DNA from: Mitosporidium daphniae
Lineage: Eukaryota
NCBI RefSeq assembly: GCF_000760515.2
Contig: NW_013546489.1
Location: 1-44,250, forward strand
Direction: 5' to 3'
DNA: 44,250 nt
The notes beneath the pieces are model-generated. The model was given only the letters and a program-made list of their open reading frames with translations, was not told where the DNA came from and did not search any database. A program made the position numbers and the translations under genes. Shown piece after piece: positions 36,018 to 44,250 of this stretch (position 1 is its first letter; every line of letters starts with the position of its first letter).

Positions 36018-38522
36018 CTAGATGCCGCGCTCCCAGGCCTGCATTTTGGCAACATCCACAATCACATACCGCCGATACCATTTTGAGGATCTCCAGAGCT
36101 CGATTGTCGGTGCTTTCGCTTCACAAAGAAACGCTGTAAAATCAGAATCAATCACCGCCTCAATCAGGACAGAATTCGAAATTTCCTGGAAAATCAAGTT
36201 GGACTCTATCCACGCCGTCCCGCCAGGTATCAGTAGCAGCGACAAAGAGGGCCTAATCCAGTCTATCAACAGATTCTCATTGATCTCTTGCATGTGAAAT
36301 AGATTCACGTGAAATGAGGAAACCCCGACAAGCTTCGATATTCGCTCTCTGGTGATTTGAGAATTTTCGGAAATCGCGAAACGCCTTGCATTGCTCTCCT
36401 CCCTTTTCACAATGAAGGCAATGAAAAGGAGATCAACATCATCCCGGATACTGGTGGACCGCAATGCCTTCAACTGCTTGCATATTGCATTGAATTTCAC
36501 CGTCGATTCTTCCACCAGAACGAGTATCAATGTGATGAATTTTGTGTTAAATTGAGGAGGCACCCATTCGCTGCACACGTTTTTGCATCTGTAAATCGAC
36601 AGTATGGATATTTCAGCATCTGTGGAGCAGATATTTAAAGGTGGAATACAGGCCCGAGTCGACCAGTCCAGAAATACAATTCTGAGCGGCAGAGGGCTAA
36701 ATTTACAATCCCCAAACAGTGACGAATGAAACTCCAACAGTCTCCCTTGAGACAAAAGTGGTAGCTTCAATAATATTGGATTTTCTGTCTCTCCCGAATG
36801 GGATGAAAGCAACGGGAGTAACCTCGAAGATAGCTGTGTAGTGGCGATGAACTTTCTCCACCTAAAAAGAACCTTTTTCATCAGCGTATGTTTCCTAAAA
36901 GAGCAGATAAATTGGTCCATAAGGATTTCCTTGTAAACAGCCACCATTATGTGTTTAGAAATGCACTCGGAAATGTATGATGCGCGCCGTCGAAGCGCGC
37001 TAGCAATAAATGGCCTTAGAATTGTGCAAATCGTTTCGTTGATGATTTTCTTTGAAACGTTAGCAGAAAACGTAATGTCAATGGTACCCAGGGCACTCGC
37101 GACAATCAAATCTTTGTTTCGAGACAAATCTACCTTTGGGGCTGAGCTTTCCATAAAGCAAAAATTGCTCTTTGGTGGTGCACTTTGCGTCTGGATGGGG
37201 GGGATTGGTTGCAATTGCGGGTCTGAAATAGATGGCGAAATCACTAATGGTCCGATGTCTGGTGCCGCTGTAATTGCCAAAATCAAAGCGTCTTCATAAG
37301 AGTGGCTTGGTGCAATTTCGGTGAGTTTGGCATCAAAAAGCTTGCTTCTTATGGATGCGGTTGTCTCTGGAAATGAAAATTCCTTTGAAAATTTTAAAAA
37401 TGGCCCCATCTCCACCACGTACGAACACTCAAACTGCGAAAAAAAGGTAGCTGCCTCATCAATATCTGCAAATCCAAACGGCACCAAAAGATCGGCGATC
37501 AAGATGCTTTGAGAAACAGGCGCAGAGAAAGAGGCGTGGAGCTGCTCAAGCAGCATCAGCCTCATCCTATTCATGTGGGCTTGTGCAAAAGAAGACAAAA
37601 CCAGAGCCGTCACTTTGGAGCAATTCGGCGGTCCCGCGATGGCTCGACGTATCCATCCAGACGCATCTTTGGTGTGGAATGCAGCCAGAAGCGAGTAGGC
37701 CCAAGCCTCCACTCCAGAAGGCGGTGTGGTCATCGTGGAAGCGCGAAGGGGAGTGTCCTCAATTTGGGTCAATATTTTCATGGCCTTGAATTCGATCACC
37801 TCCATTGGGTGTTGCATTAGGGCTACCAATTCGCCAAGAGTCGTCAAAGTCTTTGAAAGCTGCTCTCCATTTTGAAATGGATCAAAGTCTGAGCGGTCCT
37901 CTTCGCACAGCTCATGGGCAATGAGGGCGTGAAATCGCGCCATTGCCAATCCAACAATGATGGCCTCACGCCCTTTTTTCACTTGCCGTGAAAGATCCGC
38001 CCGAAGTGCTCGTCCTCGATCTCGAATAAAGGCAGCTCGTACTGATAAGGGAACATCTGCGCGCCCTAGCACGCTGGAGCTCATAAGAAACGCTAGGGTC
38101 TTCATGATAGTTTCTGGCGTTCTGATTTCTGAGGCTTTTGGGGGAGGAGCCCCTGCTGCTGGTCTTCGAAACTTTTTCACCGCCTTGGCGGGGTCAATTT
38201 TGCGGTGAACATTTGCCGCAATTGCCTCGTATGATATCGACCCGTTCATATCATCCGCCTCCAGCGGATGAACATCTAAACATCCCTCTCTCTCAACGCA
38301 TTCTGCAATTGAGCACATCTCCGTACATGATGGCACAAAAATGGTGTCATCCTCATGCACCTTTATGTCTCTTCCAGTGGTTGGTGATGCCGTTGATACG
38401 AATCTGCTTGACCTTTGCAATAATTTTTCATTTGATGACACATCAGAAGTGGCATAGTCACTGAGCTTATTCTTATTTTTCACCTTTTTATCCCTGGCAT
38501 TGTATGGATTGTTGTTTTTCAT
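36018..38522 (-). CDS. SAC3: Sac3/GANP family TREX-2 scaffold
   Basis: SCTEMCSIAECVERE, AVKKFRRPAAG, SEIRTPETIMKTLAFL, FIRDRGRALRADLSRQ, ARFHAL, EQLSKTL. Confidence 0.85.
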   Translation of the reverse strand: MKNNNPYNARDKKVKNKNKLSDYATSDVSSNEKLLQRSSRFVSTASPTTGRDIKVHEDDTIFVPSCTEMCSIAECVEREGCLDVHPLEADDMNGSISYEAIAANVHRKIDPAKAVKKFRRPAAGAPPPKASEIRTPETIMKTLAFLMSSSVLGRADVPLSVRAAFIRDRGRALRADLSRQVKKGREAIIVGLAMARFHALIAHELCEEDRSDFDPFQNGEQLSKTLTTLGELVALMQHPMEVIEFKAMKILTQIEDTPLRASTMTTPPSGVEAWAYSLLAAFHTKDASGWIRRAIAGPPNCSKVTALVLSSFAQAHMNRMRLMLLEQLHASFSAPVSQSILIADLLVPFGFADIDEAATFFSQFECSYVVEMGPFLKFSKEFSFPETTASIRSKLFDAKLTEIAPSHSYEDALILAITAAPDIGPLVISPSISDPQLQPIPPIQTQSAPPKSNFCFMESSAPKVDLSRNKDLIVASALGTIDITFSANVSKKIINETICTILRPFIASALRRRASYISECISKHIMVAVYKEILMDQFICSFRKHTLMKKVLFRWRKFIATTQLSSRLLPLLSSHSGETENPILLKLPLLSQGRLLEFHSSLFGDCKFSPLPLRIVFLDWSTRACIPPLNICSTDAEISILSIYRCKNVCSEWVPPQFNTKFITLILVLVEESTVKFNAICKQLKALRSTSIRDDVDLLFIAFIVKREESNARRFAISENSQITRERISKLVGVSSFHVNLFHMQEINENLLIDWIRPSLSLLLIPGGTAWIESNLIFQEISNSVLIEAVIDSDFTAFLCEAKAPTIELWRSSKWYRRYVIVDVAKMQAWERGI

Positions 38523-38638
38523 ATGCTAGCGAGAGGGTGGGAGGAGGCGGTCGGTATTAAAATGTAAATTAAATTCTTCGGACGTTAAATTTTAATGGCC
38601 TATTAATTGCTGAATTTCAAAGTGCAGAATTTAAAAAA

Positions 38639-39181
38639 ATGACCAAATCAAAAAAACCAAAAGTGGCAAGCTCCAAGGAGCCGGTTTCTGCCTTGAGAAA
38701 GGTTGTCCCTCATTCTGCAGTGATAAACAAAAAGAGAGACCCCCGATTTGATACGGAAAGTGGCGCATTCAATGAAGATCTTTTCAAAAAATCCTACCCA
38801 TGGCTCAAGGATATGCATGCACAGGAAAAGGCACATTTAAAAAAGCAGATTGACACAACAAAAAATCCCGAGCTAAAGGGAAGCCTGAAAAATCGGCTTA
38901 CCTCATTGGAATCAAGAGACCAGCATATAAAAAAGAAAGAGGAGGAAAAGAACCTGCTTAGAAACATCAGAAAGGAGGAACGAGAATTGGTTGCACAAGG
39001 AAAACGTCCTTTCTATTTAAAAAAGTCAGATAAGCAAAAGCTGCTCCTGGTGAGCAAGTATAAAAAGGCCGTTGCAGATGGCGCAAATATACAGGACATT
39101 TTAGAGCGGAGACGTCGACACACAGCTTCACGGCAACACAAAAAGTTGCCGAGGAGAAAGCAGGCTCCTCAAGAACAATAA
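38639..39181 (+). CDS. RRP36: rRNA biogenesis protein Rrp36 (DUF947)
   Basis: SSKEPVS, RDPRFD, FNEDLFKKSYPWL, ERELVAQGKRPFYLKKS. Confidence 0.92.
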   Translation: MTKSKKPKVASSKEPVSALRKVVPHSAVINKKRDPRFDTESGAFNEDLFKKSYPWLKDMHAQEKAHLKKQIDTTKNPELKGSLKNRLTSLESRDQHIKKKEEEKNLLRNIRKEERELVAQGKRPFYLKKSDKQKLLLVSKYKKAVADGANIQDILERRRRHTASRQHKKLPRRKQAPQEQ

Positions 39182-39186
39182 ATCAA

Positions 39187-40734
39187 TTAAAACTCGTCGT
39201 TTTGGTCCTCCTCTTCAAATATGGAATACGAAGAATCAGAATCGTCCTCTTGAAAATTCCAAATATCGTCTTTCTCATCTTCATTGGCGAGTGTAGACGT
39301 GGGGGGTTTGGTGGACGGTTGAGCAGACAATCTTAAGGAGCCGCCTCCAGACCTCAGCGGATACTCCTTTATATGAACTCTCCATTTTAACTTGAGCATT
39401 GCCAAAAGTTTGGGCCTGCATTCAGGTCGATACCAGCCGTCTTTGGGACAGCAAGAACTACCATCGGGCAAGAGGGAATTTGGCGAATCGAGAATCAACC
39501 TAAGAGCAGGATCTAGAACATCGCAAAATTGGAATACGATGTTTCCTTTTGTACAGGGAAGGCGGTCTGCCTCAATTATGTGGCTATTTGTAGAAATTGG
39601 GGTATTTTCGCCAGAGCCTGTAAAGCACCGTACTTCGAAGATTTGATATTTTGCCATATTGCGGTCAAGGCATGGAGAAACACCATATCTAACCCAACAA
39701 TGCCGCCAGGGGCCTTTTGGATAGTAATACGCCACCAATGGAAGCTCTCTAAAGGAAAGATAGATCAGCTACCTTCTCAATGAAATTGGCCTTTTGAGGC
39801 TATTTTTCAATGCAAGGCTTGTCCATATTGGTCTCTCCGCAAACATCTAATTGCAAATCAACTGCAGAAAAGTACTTGTAGGAGCAATTCATAAAGGTCG
39901 TCTGATATTTTCGGCCTATATGCGGAGAAAAATTCGTCGGGGCATTCTGTCAGGCAAGCAGGTCTATTATCATTTGGATCGATTGAACAATAATAGAAAA
40001 TCGATTTTTTTGACCTTCTTCTATGAGACATCAGGGAAATTTCTTTTTTAAGGTAAGACGAAGCCGCTTGATTAAATTTAATGGGAGTTGGGACAGAGCT
40101 CAGCGTAAAAAAGGGCGGTGGAAAGAGAATCTTTTTCAGCTCGTCTTGACCGAGTTTCATGCGAAGAGAATCAGAGAGTTTTTTGACAAAGTCTAAATTT
40201 AGGGTTCGAGGCTCGCTTTTCAGAACATCAAGGGCATCCATCACGGCCAAGTCGTCAAGTTTGGGTAGAAATGAGAAATCGGCCATATCTACTTTTTGAG
40301 TGACGTATGTTACCTCGAAACAGGCAAATAGAGCTTGAAAATCCAATAATTGAAATCTTTATGATCTTATCAGAACAAGGGCATTTGGTCACTCGAAGCA
40401 CAATAAACCTATTACTCTTTGACGACGTCAGTGGAGACACGATGGATCCGATAATTGGATGGCTCCATGGATTATGACGCTGACCAGGATTGATATTTTT
40501 TGCCGGGACTTTTAACGAGACTCGCCCATATAGACCACTTTGGTTTCCTGTGGAAGCTAGGGATTGATCATAGGCCTACATTGAAAATGACAGCTTAACT
40601 TTTCTGTATTCAAACCAATTGACACATGAAAGCGAATTTTCCGTGCACGAAACAGTTCCAGGCAATTCTATTAGTGAAATAGAGCCATACGCTTGTGAAA
40701 GATTTTCCAACCGAAAGATTTCCTTGGCTGGCAT
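39187..40734 (-). CDS. TFC1: TFIIIC tau95 subunit Tfc1/GTF3C5, multi-exon
   Basis: IELPGTV near the N-terminus, MADFSF, FPPPFF, FAERPIWT, AYYYPKGPWRHCWVRYGVSP, GWY, and an acidic C-terminal tail. Confidence 0.85.
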
Positions 40735-41000
40735 AATTGCTTATAAATAAAATGGCCCTGAATTTGAGATTTTTATTTATGAAATTTATCTTTCCTTTGG
40801 AAAATAGGATACTTTAGTACGGCTAGCCAAGTGAGAACCCCATATGTATGCATCATATATACATGCGTACAGACATGCAGTTTAATTTGCCATTGCTGCA
40901 GCTACCGTAGAGCCCCGGGTGTTTTATTAATAAATTTTTGCCATTTTGAGCGGTTGCAGCAAAGTATAAAGTTGCACTTTAAATTGCTATTTTAATTTAA

Positions 41001-41356
41001 ATGGCTGGCTCTGTGATCGAAATCTCCACTCTTGATCAATTTCAAGAAATTCTCAAAAAGGATAAATATGTAAGGTGGTGTTTTCATTTTAGGTTGTCGT
41101 TGATTTTTATGCCGATTGGTGTGGCCCCTGCAAGCAGCTTTCACCAAAGCTTGTTGCGCTCGCCGAAACCGAGACTCAAGTAACGTTCGTTAAGGTTGAC
41201 GTCGATAAATCCAACATTTCTTCATTGGCCACCGAATACAAAGTTTCGGGAATACCCGCGATTTTCTTTATCAAAGATGGAAAAGTGGTATCCAGCGTTG
41301 TTGGTACCAATCTTCCCGAAATCAATAACAAGCTTAAGGCTCTGTTACTTTCTTAA
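41001..41356 (+). CDS. TRX1: thioredoxin
   Basis: Intron 41070-41092 gives VVVDFYADWCGPCK...FVKVDVD...GIPAIFFIKDGK. Confidence 0.95.
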
Positions 41357-42152
41357 TTGTCCGGTTTATTATCACATAAGGATTTGAATAAAGAAATCAC
41401 ATTTTTTATCCCTTCAACGTACTCCTTTTGGGTGGCTACTCCAGGTGTCAACTTTGAATGTGCAAAATCGACCAAGGCACATCCGATCCGCTCAGCAGAG
41501 CCGTCATAAAAAATTAGCAACGAAGAGGAATACAATTCCGCTTCACATTGGCTTTCTAGCGGATAAAATATCCGCTCAGAGAGCTCCTTTTGGATTAATG
41601 TAGCAAGGATGGTGCGATCTTTAGGAAGAAAAATCTTCATCCCATGAGATAAAGTTTCTGAGGAGACATTAAAGTTAGTGTTGCAATAGCTCTTCGCATA
41701 GAAAGTATAGCTTTTCCCGTCCCAGATCTAAAGAAAGGGAAAAAAAATACCTTCATGCCGGAGATCCGGAAGAATAAGTTGCGGGAAGTTGTCGACAACG
41801 ATTTTCGAATCATCTTCTCCCGTTTTTCTTTGCATGCTTCATCATCATAAGTACGTAGTCCTATTTTGATGTCGATGATTGATGGACTTTGATAGTCTGA
41901 TAATAAATCTTCAATTACAATGTACTTTTTGTCGGTGAGAATTTCTTTAAACACCCCGTAGTACTTTGGAATGCGAACGTTGGGGCAAGCTAGAGATACG
42001 TTTTCATAAAATAAGGCCTCCTTTTCGCAATATTCCTTGGCAACTGCTTTGATGGTCAGCCGTGTCTGTGGATCTATCAAAACGGACGAAAAAAGACTGC
42101 AGGCATGGCCGGCAACCTGAAACTTATAGGGAGATAGCAACTGAAATTCCAT
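41353..42152 (-). CDS. inositol polyphosphate kinase (IPK family, Ipk2/Kcs1-like)
   Basis: QVAGH, IPKYYG, PSIIDIKIGLRTY (PxxxDxKxG), FRISGM, YSSSLLIFYDG, LVDFAH; intron 41728-41750. Confidence 0.92.
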
Positions 42153-42163
42153 GAAATTTTTTT

Positions 42164-42518
42164 ATGTCAATTCTTTTTAAAGCAAGGGGGACACCGCTTG
42201 AAATTTTCAAGGTTTTCATTATCGCTTATGGCCTAGTTTACATTCTACTTACTGGTGCCAATAGGTGCGGCATTACTAACCACAAACAAAGAGCTGGCCG
42301 CTTATTGTCGATCAAAGGTAAATCATGTGGAACATTGCACACCATCAACAATCCCTTCCAGGATATCTTACCAATTTTAGTATGGATTTGCATTTCCCGA
42401 AAATGTCGCATCAATGCAGAAGCACTACAAGGAGGCCGAAGGCTCTGACTTACTTAATGTCGCTTTCCGGCAGGAGTATGCTAGTAGGTTGGAAAAGAAC
42501 CAAAAATGTACAAATTAA
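42164..42518 (+). CDS. PET100: Pet100-like cytochrome c oxidase assembly factor
   Basis: Intron 42212-42236 gives LEIFKFTFYLLVPIG, matching the Pet100 LEvFKFxxYxxxPi motif. The second intron acceptor is uncertain (42318-42380 assumed). Confidence 0.65.
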
Positions 42519-42530
42519 ATTTTATTTTTA

Positions 42531-43418
42531 ATGGAAAAAAATTCATCCACCTCAAATGAACACGCTATTGATGCAGAAAATTTAAAAAGTACGCACCGGT
42601 GTCAAGAACATGCCAATTTGAACATGCACCAAGATATCAACAGGGTCTATTCTTGCAGCGGCATGGAAAGCACCGAGCCTCTTGAGGAGGGCTCGTCGTC
42701 CGACTGGGAACCGGAATTAATTCCTACCGACGATGGAAAGGCATTTGATTTTCACGAGGAGTTTGAGGAATCTGCTGAAATTTCGCAAACGGAGCACGAA
42801 TCTGTGGAGTATATTGGCAAACCGCTACCGATTCCCTTTGAGGTTGTGCCTGACGAGCTTGATATCATACCCCTGGGAAGCATTCAAAATGTCATTGATT
42901 TCCTTATTATTGTGCAACAAGACGCAACGGCGGATGATAAAAATTGTGCCTTAGACTTGGATAGCTTACTTGCTATGCATGGGTCAAAAATTGTGCTCGG
43001 CAGGGTAGTCGATACGTTTGGCCCAGTTAAGCGGCCCTCGTACGTGGTAAAAGGAAGCGCAAAAATATTGGAAAACATTTCAAAAGAAGAAATATCGGCA
43101 ATCGGTGCAGTAGGATATGTAGCTGAGCATTCACGCGTGGTTCTTGCGGAAGAAATTAAAGCTCTTTATCCCGGGTGTGACGCATCAAACTTTTACGATC
43201 AAGAAGTTCCCCTGTCCGAGCAAGAAGTATCTGATGATGAAAAAGAAGGCACCAAAAGGCAGCATCAAAAGAACAAAAGACGGCCAAGTAACTGTAAAGA
43301 GGAAGAGAAAATTAATATTCCATCGCCATCGGAAACGCCTTCTTTTGATTCATACTTATCATCGATTATAAACCGCGAATACGAGCCTCTAGAAAGGCCG
43401 TCAAAATCCTACCAGTGA
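42531..43418 (+). CDS. NAF1: H/ACA RNP assembly factor Naf1
   Basis: Gar1/Naf1 domain (LDLDSLL, LGRVVDTFGPVKRPSYVV) followed by GCDASNFYDQEV...SDDEKE. Confidence 0.9.
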   Translation: MEKNSSTSNEHAIDAENLKSTHRCQEHANLNMHQDINRVYSCSGMESTEPLEEGSSSDWEPELIPTDDGKAFDFHEEFEESAEISQTEHESVEYIGKPLPIPFEVVPDELDIIPLGSIQNVIDFLIIVQQDATADDKNCALDLDSLLAMHGSKIVLGRVVDTFGPVKRPSYVVKGSAKILENISKEEISAIGAVGYVAEHSRVVLAEEIKALYPGCDASNFYDQEVPLSEQEVSDDEKEGTKRQHQKNKRRPSNCKEEEKINIPSPSETPSFDSYLSSIINREYEPLERPSKSYQ

Positions 43419-43575
43419 TGTTATCGTTGATATGACCGTTATTTTCCAATCACAATCAGTTATCTATCAGACATGAGAATCAATGATAATAAAAACAAGC
43501 AAACCCTAAACGTTTAAATTCAATTTTGAGCACTAATCGGTCCATCAACACAACTTTTTTGATTTGCCAATCGGT

Positions 43576-44250
43576 ATGAATTACGTGAAGAGGCGAGCGG
43601 GCGTTTTGTTCGCATTGTTATTTCTGGGCTCCATTTTGAGTGTGGTAAGAACACCTATGCTTCTCAACTTGCTAATAATTAGACATGCAACGAAACAAAT
43701 TTAAAAGATGTTTGTTCGCACCCCACGGAGCAGCTGTACGAGATCAACCGGCCTTTGAAGCGATATCTAAAATCGCTGCTGAAAACGTACTATTTTCAAT
43801 ACATCAAGGTATGCCCGCTTTTTGCTGCATTAACCATGCAAATGCCTTTTTTTGTGCTCCATTTGGCCTGCCATTAATATCGTGTGTAGTTAAATTTGCA
43901 ACGAGAATGCCCTTTTTTCAAAAATAACCCAGTATGCGCGTCTGAAGCGGCTTGCAAAGCAAGCTCTTCTTCTCCAGCCATTTTTGGAAACTTTCCTTTT
44001 TCTTGGAGTGCCAAGGAATCCAGCCGACTGGACGATTCTCCGGCCGACCCTAATGTTAACTTTGCGCTATTCGAAAGAGAGACGGAAGAATCTGGCCCAT
44101 CCGGGGCATTATATTACAACTTGCTTGAAAATCCGGAGCGATATACCGGCTACTCTGGTGGCGATGCCAATCGAATCTGGCATGCCATTTATTTGGAAAA
44201 CTGCCACTACATAAACGAGCCGATAGGGTCCAATTTCTCATCCGCTCCAA
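43576..44250 (+). CDS. ERO1: ER oxidoreductin Ero1, 5' part; runs off the window edge
   Basis: Signal/anchor sequence. Introns 43645-43682 and 43809-43889 give [21 protein letters not shown]; downstream [28 protein letters not shown]. Confidence 0.9.

Overview
Extremely gene-dense eukaryotic nuclear DNA (about 30 protein genes in 44 kb). The genes are interrupted by very short GT-AG introns (mostly 23-38 nt), and intergenic gaps are often under 50 nt. The gene content is fungal/opisthokont-like and includes mitochondrial functions (GCV3, MGR2/ROMO1, PET100). This fits an early-diverging microsporidian or rozellid such as Mitosporidium (inference, no database search). Recognisable genes in order: RAE1 (partial), an MFS sugar porter, a PLK4/SAK-like kinase, a WDR7-like protein, UBP14, GCV3, SIN3, arginyl-tRNA synthetase, a signal-peptide-bearing minimal kinase, DUF924, CAP2, RPT3, insulysin/STE23, RFC3, a BSD2-like protein, RPT2, MGR2, PIN4-type parvulin, LOA1/VPS66, SAC3, RRP36, TFC1, thioredoxin, an inositol polyphosphate kinase, PET100, NAF1 and ERO1 (partial). 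The most notable observations are the retained PLK4 (centriole kinase), a candidate secreted effector kinase, divergent start codons only 11 nt apart, telomeric TTAGGG boxes next to many start codons, a candidate ~255-nt structured ncRNA, a possible UUG-initiated mitochondrial isoform of ArgRS, a 20-bp tandem array of poly(A)/initiation signals, and a possible decayed Ty3/Gypsy relic. All gene models were spliced by hand and family calls rest on motif recognition only.
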